NCBI RefSeq assembly: GCF_046119375.1
Contig: NW_027362772.1
Span: 72,850,001-72,914,000, forward strand
DNA from: Phyllobates terribilis
Lineage: Eukaryota
Direction of reading: 5' to 3'
DNA: 64,000 nucleotides
Shown here: piece by piece, positions 1 to 12,632 of the stretch
How positions within the stretch are numbered: the first letter of the stretch is position 1
Layout: the number at the start of each line of letters is the position of its first letter
The notes under the pieces: generated by a model
Seen by the model: only the letters and a program-made list of their open reading frames with translations
What the model was told of the DNA's origin: nothing
Databases searched by the model: none
Position numbers and translations under genes: made by a program

Positions 1-1895
1 TCTGATCCCGGAGCGACCTCTGGGGAAGAGATGTGAGATGCAGGGAGCAATTTGGAGTCTGGAGAGCTGGAGGATGAGCTTGTGTGAGTCCGTTTCTGAG
101 AACGTGCCCTCGGTCTGCCCTTAGAAGGAGGGGGGCAGGGGTGCCTGCGAATCGTCCGTTGGAACGTTCGGAGCACTGGTGGCCGTGGATAGCATGGGCA
201 AACGTTCTAAGACCTGCACCAGAGATTGAGATACCTTGGTGAGGTCAGAGACAGACTGGGACATAGCAACAGCCCACTCCGGAGGAGGGGGAGTTACCTC
301 GTCCTGGGCGGCAGGGGGGTCTTGGGGTGCCAGCATGGTGGGAGGCTTGCAGGTCGAGCAGAAAACCGTTGTCAGACCCGCGAGCCACTTAGTACTGCAA
401 AGAGTATAGGCGTAATATGTGACTGTGTGAGTGGGACGGACGGAAAGCTCCCTGAGATTGGGCATATGTGCCTAACCAGGAATAATGTAGAGGAGGGAGC
501 CTGTGGGAGTAGGGCCTACCCGGTCTGGAATGGGCACGGTCCCGTATCCCCCATCGGAAAGTCCGGAGCCGCGGAGACAGGAGCAGGGCTGCGATGATGA
601 GGCAGTCACAGAATAATGCTGTCAGAGCGAGACCGAGAGCAGCGTAGAGGGGCGGAGCCAGAGCGGAGCGTGCTGCCCTGAGCAAGCTAGGGGAGCCAGA
701 GCTCCGATAGGCATAAGGGATGGAGGCGGGCTTAAGAACTCGGCCGCTGATAGGGATAAAAGTGGGCGTGACGGAAGAGTCATAATGCTCCTCGGTCCTG
801 ATTGACCGGTTTTTGGGAGGGGTGTATACCCGCCGGAAAGAGTAAAGCCCACCCCGAACCACCCCCCCCCCCCCGACAGAGAACGCGCGGGCAGAAATGC
901 CGTGCAAAAAAGGACAGAGAAACGGGGGGGGGGGGCTGTGGGGGACGCCATGCTATTGTGAGTCCGAGGCCCCCGGTTCGCTTCCTGATGACTGTGAGGA
1001 GAGGGGGCGTGGCCAAGCGCTGCTGTAAGTGAGCGTCGACGGGGAAATGTGATGCCCCCCTTATTATCCCAGGATTTACGAGGCCCGTGCCATAGCTGAG
1101 ATGTGAGGAACCTGGGGCTGAGGAGGCAGCAGGGAGGGATTGTACCTTTCCCGATGACTGTTCTTCCTCTTTCCCTCTGAGGATGGACACAGGAGGTCCT
1201 CCGTGGATAGGGGGGATCCTGGCTCTTCCTCCTTCCCGCAGGGACCGGTCCTGGACAGTGCAGGAGACGGTGTCAACCCCAGAATCAGGGGGAAGGTCAC
1301 CGTAGTGACCACCGTCTCCCTCCCAGGCCGCTCTGAGGAGGGGGCTGGGGTGGGGAATGGGCAAGGACTGGCCACCGAGAATCACCCTGAGACACCCGAA
1401 GGTGACAGGGGATAGGTCCTGGCCAGCGGCTCCGAGAGTGGGCGATGTGGGAAATGCCACACTGCTCTCTCGGTCGCTTGAGAATGGGGATAACAGGGGA
1501 CACAGTGTTCCCTGTTAACCCTGAAGAGCTGTATCTGAAAAATAAAGAAGAAAACATTAATAAAACACAACAGGGTTGGATCAGTAGGATCCAGGTCTAC
1601 CTCCTACAGTCACTAAGCTTAAACTGGTGAGCTTGGTGCCTGTAGGAGGGTGTATACTGCGGAGGAGGAGCTTTTTTCGCCTAGTGTCAACCTCCTAGTG
1701 ACAACAGCATACACCCCATGGTCCTGTGTCCCCCAATGAAGCGATAAAGAAAACTGGTTAGTTATCTCCATGTCAGTGGGTGTAGCCTGCTGGGGAGGAG
1801 TTAGCCTTTTTTTTATTTCTGCCTAGTGTCAGCCTCCTAGTGACAGCAGCATACACCCATGGTTTCCTGTGTCCCCCAATGAATCGATAGAGAAA
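1..1895 (-). mobile_element. DIRS-like (tyrosine-recombinase) retroelement, 5' end and degraded gag region; runs off the window start
   Basis: The minus strand begins TTTCTCTATCGATTCATTGGGGGACACAGG...CATGGGTGTATGCTGCTGTCACTAGGAGGCTGACACTAGG, a terminus I recall from frog DIRS elements. ORF 121-465 has a decayed Cys-knuckle-like segment (YAYTLCS...FCSTCK) followed by PEWAVAMSQSVSDLTKVSQSLVQVLERL, which looks gag-like. No RT or recombinase in the window. Confidence 0.55.
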
Positions 1896-2551
1896 TGACC
1901 TTTTGTTTAAATCAGATTTTTGTATTCAAATGTAGGTTTTCAAAAAAATGTTGGTAATTTTTTTCCCCCATATCACAATCTGTATTAAAAATAAATGTTG
2001 AAATTCTCACTGGCAACTGGGGCTTTTTTTAGATTCTAACTTTCTGTTGTTTCAGGAAACAACACATGTACATTGTTAGCAATGAACACACTCAGATCTT
2101 ATCTTTTGTATTGAAGCTTCTAATGAGCATGTGCAAAGATCATTGTGAAAGGAGGGGGGAGCTGTGACATCGCCTATTGTGAGTATAGAGGTGTTACCTG
2201 TCAGTGTAATCCTACCTCTGCTGATATGGAGCCTGCTGAAAACTCTTCAGAAAGTATAAGGCTAAAAGGAAAAAAAACAACCCAGCGCGAGTGTGAAAAT
2301 TGAAAGATTACTAATTTTGTTTTTAATAAAAAATCATGCTATGAAAAAAATAAAGCAAATAACTCATTTTCTGATGATAGCTTCCCTTTAAATATTGCTG
2401 GCCAATAAAAATAAAAAAACAATGGAATATTTACCAGGATTTTTTTTTTTTTTTTTACAAAAAATGACCAAGGCGTCAGGACTTAACTCAGCATCCTCAT
2501 GCCATGTATGTTACGTGTAAACATTATAGGCATGGTTTTTGGATCACATAA

Positions 2552-2862
2552 TTAAAGACAACCTGTCATTAGACCGTAAAAATGCAGCCAGGTTGGTTTT
2601 ATTCTTTTGGAAAGACGGCCAGGGACTGTATGTCTCGCCCTGAAGCTGCCTTCTCCCCACCCCACAAGAGTTGATTGACAGGTCTTCTTCTCATTCCTGT
2701 CATTTAGAAAGGCGGCCAAGGACTGTATGTCTTGGCTGATGCCGGCTTCTCCCCGCCCCAGTTGATTGACAGGTCTTCTCCTCATTCCTGTCAATCAATT
2801 GCAATTGGGCAGGGAGAAGCCGCCATCACCCAAGACATATAGTCCCAGCCCGGTTTCTTAAA
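2552..2862. mobile_element. TTAA-type (T2/Kolobok-like) MITE with an internally duplicated core
   Basis: Starts TTAAAGACAACCTGTCA. Two ~100-bp direct copies (GGCCAGGGACTGTATGTC...TTGATTGACAGGTCTTC) and an inverted arm (CCTGTCAATCAA...GGGAGAAGCC...CCAAGACATATAGTCCC). Confidence 0.5.
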
Positions 2863-2914
2863 GGTATATTTACCCTAGTGCTGCACAGTGGTTCTGGCAG
2901 CATGAATCTAATCT

Positions 2915-3240
2915 AATGCAAAAAAATGCATATAAAAATGTAAAAATAATGCAGATAAAAAATGTAAAAAATGCATATAAAAATGTACAAATAATGCAGA
3001 TAAAAAATGCAAAAAAATGCATATAAAAATGTAAAAATAATGCAGATAAAAAATGTAAAAAATGCATATAAAAATGTACAAATAATGCAGATAAAAAATG
3101 TAAAAAATATGCATATAAAAATGTAAAAATAATGCAGATACAAGGTGCCAAGAAATAAATATAAAAATGTAAAAAAAAATTCAGATATAAAGTGCCAAAA
3201 AATACATATAAAAAATGTAAAAATTAAAATTGCATAAAAA
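2915..3240. repeat. AT-rich minisatellite, ~45-bp unit
   Basis: TATAAAAATG recurs at 2931, 2976, 3022, 3067 and 3114. Confidence 0.9.
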
Positions 3241-3244
3241 AAGG

Positions 3245-3247
<3 letters not shown>

Positions 3248-3322
<75 letters not shown>
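3248..3322. repeat. (TA)n microsatellite
   Basis: Pure TA run. Confidence 0.98.
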
Positions 3323-3324
<2 letters not shown>

Positions 3325-3760
3325 GATCAAAAAATAGTCATATCTACAGACAAGAGGAAAGAAAACACACAGGCAATAAGTAGAATCAGGCAGAGAAGCT
3401 TACAGGATGGCATTTTAATACAGCTATCAGGAAAAGGAGTTTTTTTTTCTTTTTTAACAAGATCTTACTACCCTGGAGATGAAACCGTGGAGCTGTGTAA
3501 AATCATGCAAAATAAAAATAATAATAATGGTGATATGGGGAAGGAAAATGGGGGATAATGGTGTTAAAAATTAAAAATCCGGCAGAGAATATGGATAATA
3601 AAGCTGCAAATCTGTGAAGCAAAATATATATTTACAAGAGACGACTATTTAAAACGAGAGCGCACAGCAAACGAGTGGCCTGTGCAGGACTATCTAGAAG
3701 TTTTCCGGCTCTGACAGGTCGGTGAGCAGAGGGAGGACGACTTGTCAGGAGTCACATAGA

Positions 3761-3766
3761 TTTATT
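3761..3766 (-). terminator. Candidate polyadenylation signal (AATAAA) of scaf1
   Basis: TTTATT on the plus strand, ~140 nt past the scaf1 stop; position only, no transcript evidence. Confidence 0.35.
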
Positions 3767-3903
3767 TTCTAAAGATAAGTATCTCTAAAGTTCCACAAAT
3801 ATTTGCATAAAAGTTTTTCTTCCTTCTTTTCTTTTTTTTTTTTTTTAATTCATTTAAATTGACAATATTTTGAACAGGTAAAATTATAATTGTCCTCTCC
3901 GGC

Positions 3904-4086
3904 TCAAATTAAAGGTAAAGGGAGCATGGCTTTTTCCAAGCCCCCCGGATCCTTTCCACTACGGTAACTCTCGTCATCGTCCATTTTCTTGCCGTGTTTC
4001 CGGAAGTACTTGTACCGCTGGACGTAGGCTTTCACCAAGTTATTTACTTTCACCGGGTTGATTTCTCCACTTTTGCTATGGCAGAT
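3904..4086 (-). CDS. scaf1: SR-related CTD-associated factor 1, last coding exon ([34 protein letters not shown]...LPLPLI*)
   Basis: Acceptor ttccttacag, phase 0, stop TGA at 3906-3904. Matches the human SCAF1 C-terminal CTD-binding (SRI-like) segment. Confidence 0.96.
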   Translation of the reverse strand: MCHSKSGEINPVKVNNLVKAYVQRYKYFRKHGKKMDDDESYRSGKDPGGLEKAMLPLPLI

Positions 4087-4308
4087 CTGTAAGGAACAGA
4101 AAACAATTAGTTACATGACTTCTAAAAATGAAAAGAAATTATGACTCTTGGAAGAAGGGAAGGAAAAAAAAAGGGCAAAAATTAAAAAGGATTTAAAAAG
4201 GGGTTTCGAACAGTATTTACAGCGATTGTTTATTGTTCATTTGTTCCATAAATGCAAAGTTAAGCAAATTTTCTTCTATTTTGCCGCTGCAGGCTACAAA
4301 TAAGTGTG

Positions 4309-4690
4309 TGTACATGAAGGGAAAATAAGCAGAGAATAGAAGCTGTGCTGACAAATTAGCTAATAAGGATGGAAGCATCTTGTGTACATAAAGAGCTCAC
4401 ATCCAGCCTATATTACTGGGAGGGACACTCACACAAAGAGTAAAGGATCAGTGTACATGACAGGAAAATTAGCAGAGGATAGAAGATGTGCTGACATATT
4501 ATCTAATAAAGATGGCAGCACCTTGTGTACATAAAGAGCTCACATCCAGCCTACATTACTGGGAGGGACACTCACACACAAGAATAGAGAATGAGTGTAT
4601 ATGACAGGACAATAAGTACAGTATAGAAGCTGAGCTGACACATAAGCTAATGAACCCTGTATACAACACAGATCACATCCAGCCTGTATT
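4309..4690. repeat. Tandem repeat, ~143-bp unit, about 2.7 copies, in the last scaf1 intron
   Basis: GTGTA(C/T)ATGA at 4309, 4451 and 4595, with a shared AGAGCTCACATCCAGCC...TTACTGGGAGGGACACTCAC. Confidence 0.85.
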
Positions 4691-4945
4691 ACTAGAAGAA
4701 TAAAATCTGAAGCTTGGAACAGGCTGCAAACTGCATATCCAGATGGTCTGAAAATGAATGAAGGAATGAAGATTGCATAGTAAAACTTAGTGAAGGTAAC
4801 AACTAACATGTAGGAATCATTTTTTCATTTCCATAAGCATAGGAGCTTTCTATTGTATCCCTACTCCTGTCAGTGGACACGCTCAGGCAGTAGCAGCGAG
4901 CTCTTGTTTTCCTGAGCATATAATATGTATTATATATATGTATAA

Positions 4946-5100
4946 TCTAGAATGTAAGCCCGCAAGGGCAGGGTCCTCTTCCCTCTACACCAGTCTATCA
5001 TTGTTAGTTCATTCACTGTAAGTGATATCTGTATCTGGTATGTAACCCCTTCTTATGTACAGCACCACGGAATCAATGGCGCTATATAAATAATAATAAT
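4946..5100 (+). mobile_element. L2-clade LINE 3' end fragment
   Basis: TCTAGAATGTAAGCCCGCAAGGGCAGGGTCC...GGCGCTATATAAATAATAATAAT; related to the L2 3' end at 27826-28008 in the opposite orientation. Confidence 0.75.
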
Positions 5101-5252
5101 ATGACATCCCATAAAGGAGTTAATATCTCCATCACTGCGACACAGTGGAATTAAGAGATTAGTTCAGCTGACTACGTCCAGCGAGTCTTGATATAATTAG
5201 ATTATTAGAGTATTTGCACTTACAGAGGGATAAATCGAGCAGATAAACCCAC

Positions 5253-5381
5253 CTTATGTACAGCCTTTCTTAGTATATCTTTATAATCTTCCTTCGTGAT
5301 CTCTTTCCTCTGGTAATATGGCTTAATGGCCAGTTTCACCTCTTCCACGGCTCTCTCCTGTGTATGCAGCTTCTTCAAATA
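5253..5381 (-). CDS. scaf1: scaf1 coding exon 9 of 10 ([43 protein letters not shown])
   Basis: AG/GT flanks, 129 nt, phase 0/0, near-identical to the human SCAF1 exon. Confidence 0.97.
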
Positions 5382-5492
5382 CTGATTGGGAGAAAATAAA
5401 ATAAAAAAATAAATAAAAAGTAAAAAAAAAAAAAAAAAAAAAAAAGACTCTGCCCTATTGAATGGAGCTCACTAACGAGCGCTTCGTACTAC

Positions 5493-5753
5493 CTTGTCCG
5501 TGTCTCCTCTGCCTTCGGAGCTTGTGCTGCCTTCCCGTTTTCCCAGCTCATTGATGGATGTAGTGTTGAAGAAGGAGCTGCAGGTCGGGCCGGGCAATGA
5601 TAGCGAGTTTAGACCTGTGATTCCAGTAGGGGTAGGAGGGCTGGAGCTACTACTGAGGGGTAGACCGCCGAGAAGATATGGAGGCGCCGAATGACCCATG
5701 ACGGGTGGAGGCTGGTTCACCAATGAGGTAGATGGCTTGCTGTGACTGAGGAT
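5493..5753 (-). CDS. scaf1: scaf1 coding exon 8 of 10 (ILSHSKPSTSL...KREGSTSSEGRGDTDK)
   Basis: Acceptor ccccaatag, donor gtagta, 261 nt. ILSH start and EGRGDTDK end as in human SCAF1. Confidence 0.95.
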
Positions 5754-5951
5754 CTATTGGGGAAAAAAATTTTATGCATTTTTTTATTGTCTATAGATAT
5801 ATGTCTTACTTTCTGTATAATATATATATTTTTTGTATATAAAAAAAATATATTAATTATATTTGTATAATATTTTATATATATATATATTATAAGAAAT
5901 AAATAAAAATTGTGTATTTTTTATTATTCTTTACTTTTTTGTATAATATAT

Positions 5952-5982
<31 letters not shown>

Positions 5983-5998
5983 CACACATACACACACA

Positions 5999-6204
5999 CA
6001 GGTGCATCTCACTAAATTATAATATTTACAAAAAGTTAATTTATTTCAGTTCTTCAATACAAAAAGTGAAACTCATATTATATAGAGTCATTACACACAC
6101 AGTGATCTATTTCAAGTGATTATTTCTGTTAATGTTGATGATTATGTCTTACAGAACTGAAATAAATTAACTTTTTGATGTTCTAATTTAGTGAGATGCA
6201 CCTG
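5999..6204. mobile_element. Internally deleted Tc1-type element (MITE-like)
   Basis: Inverted ends CAGGTGCATCTCACTAAATT... / ...AATTTAGTGAGATGCACCTG followed by TA; same family as the fragment at 55307. Confidence 0.8.
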
Positions 6205-6239
6205 TATATTATCAAAAAAAAATAAAAATTATATATATA

Positions 6240-7860
6240 CAGTACAGACCAAAAGTTTGGACACACCTTCTCATTTAAAGATTTCTCTGTATTTTCATGA
6301 CTATGAAAATTGTACATTCACACTGAAGGCATCAAAACTATGAATTAACACATGTGGAATTATATACTTAACAAAAAAGTGTGAAACAACTGAAAATATG
6401 TCTTATATTCTAGGTTCTTCAAAGTAGCCACCTTTTGCTTTGATGACTGCTTTGCACACTCTTGGCATTCTCTTGATGAGCTTCAAGAAGTAGTCACCGG
6501 AAATGGTTTTCATTTCACAGGTGTGCGCTGTCAGGTGTAATAAGTGGGATTTCTTGCCTTATAAATGGGGTTGGGACCATCAGTTGTGTTGTGCAGAAGT
6601 CTGGTGGATACACAGCTGATAGTCCTACTGAATAGACTGTTAGAATTTGTATTATGGCAAGAAAAAAGCAACTAAGTAAAGAAAAACGAGTGGCCATCAT
6701 TACTCTAAGAAATGAAGGTCAGTCAGTCCGAAAAATTAGGAAAACTTTGAAAGTGTCCCAAAGTGCAGTTGCAAAAACCATCAAGTGCTACAAAGAAAGT
6801 GGCTCACATGAGGACCGCCCCAGGAACGGAAGACCAAGAGTCACCTCTGCTTCTGAGGATAAGTTTATCCGAGTCACCAGCCTCAGAAATCGCAGGTTAA
6901 CAGCAGCTCAGATTAGAGACCAGGTCAATGCCACACAGAGTTCTAGCAGCTAACACATCTCTACAACAACTGTTAAGAGGAGACTTTGTGCAGCAGTCCT
7001 TCATGGTAAAATAGCTGCTAGGAAACCACTGCTAAGAACAAGCAACAAGCAGAAGAGACTTGTTTGGGCTAAAGAACACAAGGAATGGACATTAGACCAG
7101 TGGAAATCTGTGCTTTGGTCTGATGAGTCCAAATTTGAGATCTTTGGTTCCAACCACCGTGTCTTTGTGCGACGCAGAAAAGGTGAACGATGGACTCTAC
7201 ATGCTTGGTTCCCACCGTGAAGCATGGAGGAGGAGGTGTGATGGTGTGGGGGTGCTTTGCTGGTGACACTGTTGGGGATTTATTCAAAATTGAAGGCATA
7301 CTGAACCAGCATGGCTACTACAGCATCTTGCAGCAGCATGCTATTCCATCCGGTTTGCGTTTAGTTGGACCATCATTTATTTTTCAATGACCCCAAACAC
7401 ACCTCCAGGCTGTGTAAGGGCTATTTGACCAAGAAGGAGAGTGATGGGGTGCTACGCCAGATGACTTGGCCTCCACAGTCACCAGACCTGAACCCAATCG
7501 AGATGGTTTGGGGTGAGCTGGACCGCAGAGTGAAGGCAAAAGGGCCAACAAGTGCTAAGCATCTCTGGGAACTCCTTCAAGATTGTTGGAAGACCATTTC
7601 CGGTGACTACCTCTTGAAGCTCATCAAGAGAATGCCAAGAGTGTGCAAAGCAGTCATCAAAGCAAAAGGTGGCTACTTTGAAGAACCTAGAATATAAGAC
7701 ATATTTTCAGTTGTTTCACACTTTTTTGTTAAGTATATAATTCCACATGTGTTAATTCATAGTTTTGATGCCTTCAGTGTGAATGTACAATTTTCAAAGT
7801 CATGAAAATACAAAAAAATCTTTAAATGAGAAGGTGTGTCCAAACTGTTGGTCTGTACTG
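6240..7860 (+). mobile_element. Full-length Tc1 (DD34E) transposon, 1621 bp, defective
   Basis: TIRs CAGTACAGACCAAAAGTTTGGACACACCTTCTCATTT at both ends, ~200 bp long, with TA target duplication inside a TA microsatellite. Confidence 0.95.
6654..7697 (+). pseudogene. Disrupted Tc1 transposase
   Basis: MARKKQLSKEKRVAIITLRNEG..., WSDESKF, TVKHGGGGVMVWG, SPDLNPIE. In-frame stop at 6951-6953, a frameshift near 7190, and a short deletion near 7385 that removes the QDN Asp. Confidence 0.92.
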
Positions 7861-8100
7861 TATATATATCTCTATCTATCTATATATACACACACACATC
7901 TATATATCTATCTATATATCTATATATATATCTATATATATATATATATTATACAAAAATATATATATAATTTTTTGTATAATGTACTATATATAATATA
8001 TATATATAAAAAATATATACATATTAATATGGTACATATATACATTATATTATATATATATATATATATACAGACACACGCACGCACGCACACGCTCACT
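7861..8100. repeat. Compound TA/TC/CA microsatellite
   Basis: Direct reading of the sequence. Confidence 0.9.
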
Positions 8101-8196
8101 GACTCACTTTCTATAAGGTACAGTACAAGTACATTTTCCTATAATCCTGTAAAGCCAAAGCACCATACTTTACACTTCCACATGCAGCATCTCTAC

Positions 8197-8279
8197 CTGA
8201 TTGGTAGCTTGGATTAGCTCCTGTGCCTTGGCTCTGCTCGCCATGTTAGCTTCTTCCATCTTGAAGAGCAAAGCCGTCA
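8197..8279 (-). CDS. scaf1: scaf1 coding exon 7 of 10 ((L)[27 protein letters not shown])
   Basis: Acceptor tttttcag, donor gtagag, 83 nt, phase 1/0; near-identical to human. Confidence 0.97.
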
Positions 8280-8742
8280 CTGAAAAAGCAAGACAAAATA
8301 AAATTATTTCATACACACAAAAATCACTACAACCCCCATCATTTCTATATTTTATCATAATCATCAAATACAGAATAAAGTGCTCCGATAATGTAATATT
8401 TGCTCCCTTATCCATAGTTTTTCTTTATTCCCCCCTACAACACTCCTCATTGTGAGAATCCAATTCAGGAGTCTACAAAAGGCAAGAGACGGAACCTGAC
8501 GGCACCGGTACGGAAGCCATATTGTCGTAGAAATCAGCTATAAACATATATAGTTAATGCCGGCCGTACACAGAAGCCAAGTGTCAGCCAGAATGGGCGT
8601 TGATAAACTCATACATAAAACGTATGGGTTACGCCAGCCTTTTGGAGACACTGGCAATAACTTGGACATATTCGCAACCCCTCTAAAAACATATATACAC
8701 AAGATCGATGGTTGGGAACTGGAGTAATGCAAATTAACTTAC

Positions 8743-11700
8743 ATGCCAAAACGCCACTGGTGGCACAGTCCACTCCTGACTGCAGGTTCCACGACATTGG
8801 CGCGGGAGGTGGCGGAGGGGGAGGTGCTGGACGAGGAGTTTCTTCTTTAGGTTCTGAAATACTGTCAACCTCTAGGTCAATACTTCTCTCCGGGTCTGGA
8901 GGGAGCTCCTCCGGCATGAAGGACACATCTGGAGTCTTGCAGCTACTGTCTACAGTCTGCGAGTCAGGAGTAAGCTCCTGCTCGTTGGCCAGTTTGGGAG
9001 GACTGGGGGGCTTCACCTTTATCTCGGTCTTCTCAGTATCAGACCAGATAGGTTCGTCTTTGGCTTCAATCGGGCTCAGGATCTCCTGGCTGCAGCTATC
9101 TGCCTTAGATTTCTTCAGTGAGGCCTTTGTTTTCAGCTTCTTTTTTTTCTTCTCTAGTGTCCCCTTGGTTTTTATCAGAGTTCCTCCGGCTCCCGCGGTC
9201 TTTACTTTCTTCACACCGGTCTTGGTTTTTAAGCCTTTTATTTTCTTTGGCCGTAAGAGAGGTTCTTTTAAGTCTTCAGTTTCAGGCTTGGGCCGAATGC
9301 TCTTGATATCCGCCATCTTTTCTTCTGATTTAAGGAATGGAGAACGGCTCTCTCTATCCCGACTGAATTTCACTCCGATGGATCCGGCCTCTTTCACAGA
9401 GGTTGTACTGCTGACTCCTTCGCGGATCAAAACAGCCACTTTGGACTGAAGTTTGACCTTCCTTGTGGAACTTCCTTTGCCGTCTTTATGACTGGTCTTA
9501 ATTTTCTTTGGAGTCTTATCCTTTTCGGAGCGGACCTTTTCTCTGTCTAGCTTCATAGGCTCCGGTTCTGGGTCAGGGGCATCTTTGAATCGCTTTTTAT
9601 ACCTTTCCCGACTGTCATCAGTGTATGATCTATCCCGCTTCCTATCCCGTTCTTTCGAGATTTTCTGCCTACTGTCTCGATCTACCTCTACCCGCTTCGA
9701 GTCGAACTCCATGGGCAGCCTCCTTTTGCCAGAATCCGATTTCCCCGAATGCCTGTGAAAAGGCCGACTGCATTTACCATCTCTGTCATCAAGAGTTTCG
9801 CGGTCAGAATAGGTTTCAAAGCTTAGCCCTTCGGAATCGTAGAGAACTTCTCTTTTTCCAGACAGCTCAGGCGTGTGAAGCATTTCATCCCTATCCAATT
9901 TTTCTTCGGGGTTGACTGTGATAGTTCGCTTAATAGTAAAAAGATCGGCATTATTGAGCTCCTGTATGGAAGGTGGCACTACTGATCGACTGTCTCGCCG
10001 CCTCCGTTCTAGCAGCGGAGGATTTTCTATCTTGGGTTCATCCAATGAGTGCCTTGATCTTGGCTTCTCTTTATCCTTCCGTTCATTCGAGTGACGTGAA
10101 GACCGTCTGTCTCGATCCCGTTCTCTGGATTTCGAACGTGATCTTTTCTTCTTTTTCTTCGGCTCTGAGCGATGTTTATCCTTGTGTTTATCTTTTCGAG
10201 ACCGATCAGTACTATCAGAATGGGACCACCGATGCCTTTTCTCCTTTGATTTTGACCTGCGGCTTTTCCTCCTTTCAGCGGACGTACGAGAAGACCCTAC
10301 AGCGGATAAGCTGGTGCTAATAGAAGGTGACCAAGAGCGTGATCTCCTCCGATCTCTAGACCGAGATCGAGAAACCTTATTGTTCTTATAGTAAGAGCGT
10401 GATCTAGAACGTTTCCGCTCCTTCACGTCCTTTGCCAGTTTTTTTGTACTCGACCAGGAAGTTGATGTTCTTGGTTCTTTCGATCTTTTCTGTTCTCTTG
10501 ATCGCTTTCTCTCCCGTTTGTTTTTTTTACGACTATGTGAGCTAGAAGGCGAACGCGATTTTGACTGCTTTTTAGGTCTTGAGGGCGACGTTGATTTCTT
10601 ACGATACCTCTCTCTTCGTTGATTTGTGATCTTTCGTCTCAGGTCCAGCCCTTTCCATCGGTTATCCATTTGATTTTCGCCAAAATCGATCTGCAGGGCC
10701 CCTTCCTCATCTGAATCTGCATGCAAAGATAGAAAGTCATCTCCTTCGACCATTCTGAGTGGTCTCTCTATGACACGACAGCGGCTGCGGAACAAACGCA
10801 TTGGACTGAAACAATCTTCATCCGGCTGGACAATTTCTCCTTCTTCGATTTCGGAATCGTATTTCCTATCTGAGTCGTCGTCGCGATCCCTCCTTTCGGA
10901 GGAATGTCTCCGTTTGTGGCGTGATCTCGACTCGCTTCCAAGTTTGGCAATTTTTTCTAACCGTAAGTAGGATTTCATGTCTGGCTTTGCTAAAGACTCT
11001 AGCGATACTTTAATTTCGACCTTAGATTTGGATTCTGCTTCGGACGTGAAGTCTGTATTACGGTTGAAGTCGTTTCCGACGTCTACAGTAAATACTCGTC
11101 TTATTGGCTCCACAGAAGCATCCGGTGGACTGGCTTCGTTCAAGGTCGAATCCGCAGCTGGTGCTTCATCTACAGTATTTTCCTCGGGTACTTTCGGTGA
11201 AGATTCCTTTACCTCCACTTCATCTGTGGTGTCCAAGTCTATGCTGGAGCTAGGACTGTAAGGTTCAAAATCCAGTTTGGAAACGCTTCTGGGAGCCAAG
11301 TCGGAGGAATCTTTGGAAAGCCTTTGCTCATTTTTATTACCGTCCACTTCACTAGCGCCCTCCTCCCCATCAACCGCCTTAAATTTATCACTTTCATCAG
11401 ATTTTGCGCCTTCCTTGTTTTTGTCCATGCCAGGAAATTCTTGGCTTAAGCTATTTTCATTATAAATACCCGCCAGGGCTTCTGATATTCGACCTTCCGG
11501 ATGGGATTCACTGCCTATTTCGTCATCATCATCGTCCTCGTACGGTGAAGGGCTGCGTTCAGAGGAACTTGGATTAGAGCCGGTGGGGTCAAAGGGATCA
11601 TATTTTTGATCCTCCTCCTCTTCCATTTCCTTCTCTGGTGAGTCCTCATAAATGTAATCTCCGTTCACATTCTCCTCATCTGTTGGATGAAAAGGGTCAT

Positions 11701-12303
11701 AAATATCTAGGTCTTGTGATCTATTGGACTGAGCGCCGCCGCTCTCGCCAGCGGAAAGTGCGAGATTCTGAGAGGAGGGCGATGAATAGGCGGAACTTGA
11801 ATCTGTTTTTTCCAAAGAGCCTGCAGGTTGTGAATGTTGGTCGTTGGATGTGGACCCTTCTCCACCGAGTGGCCTTTGTTGTCCGTCAGATGCCCCAGTG
11901 CCATTTCCTAGAGCTAATCCTATAGGATCAGGTTGATTTTTCATAAATTGAGTATTGCTATTAATCAAATTAGTCCTGTTTGAGCAAAGTTTATTCTGAA
12001 CCCTAGACCCGGAGGAGGCATCTGATGGACCTTTGTCGGGCCACAGAAATCCCGCTACTGCAGAAGGACTTTTCAGCTGTAAAGTTCTGCCCAGGTCATT
12101 GCGTTGAACATGCTTTGAGTTCTGTATTTCATCACGTTTTGTGCTCGAGCTGGCTAAGCGCAATGTCCTGGACGTGCAAGATTTTAGTTTTGGAGGGCAT
12201 TTAAGGGGTTCCAGAGTTTCTCCAGTTCTTGGGGGGCTGGATAAGGTCTCTTTGATTGTCGATTGTCCTTCTGTGAGCTGCAGCCCTGAGGTACTTAGGC
12301 ACA
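8743..12303 (-). CDS. scaf1: scaf1 large exon (3561 nt) with acidic, RS-rich and lysine-rich regions
   Basis: Acceptor ttttgcag at 12304-5, donor gtaagt at 8742. Contains SCAF1 motifs DIYDPFHPTDE, QKYDPFDPTGSNPSSS, EIEEGEIVQP, DDFLSLHADSD, REVLYDSEGLS, KVKLQSKVAVLIREGVSSTT, PDSQTVDSSCKTPDVSF and SWNLQSGVDC. Confidence 0.97.
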
Positions 12304-12632
12304 CTGCAAAAAAATAAAAACGATAAGCAAAAATATCAGCAGGATATAAAAAGTAGCACAATACAATAAAACTTTTATAGTCTCTTCCAGGATCACAATA
12401 TTGAAAGCATATACTTATAGGCCATCAATATCAGGGCAGTTAGAACCAAACGCTTGCCGTTTAGTGCGGGCGCTGCGGCCCCTTTATTGTTTGTGTTGCT
12501 GTACAGTACCGCGCAGGGGATTGCAGCGCTGTTCCATTCAATAATAGTTCGAAGCCACCAATAATCGGAAATCAGAAGAGCACTGGAAAGGCCTTTAGTA
12601 AAACCCGTACATATGAAGCATGCCACACGCAC

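Noticed and set aside
2870-3558. ORFs over the 45-bp minisatellite and TA run
   Set aside because: Simple-repeat translations.
8712-9449. 245-aa plus-strand ORF and other antisense ORFs over 8.7-11.9 kb
   Set aside because: Shadows of the scaf1 large exon; low-complexity translations with no independent homology or splice context.
8609-12361. The 1250-aa ORF as a stand-alone single-exon gene
   Set aside because: Both ends read into introns; true boundaries are the acceptor at 12303 and donor at 8743.
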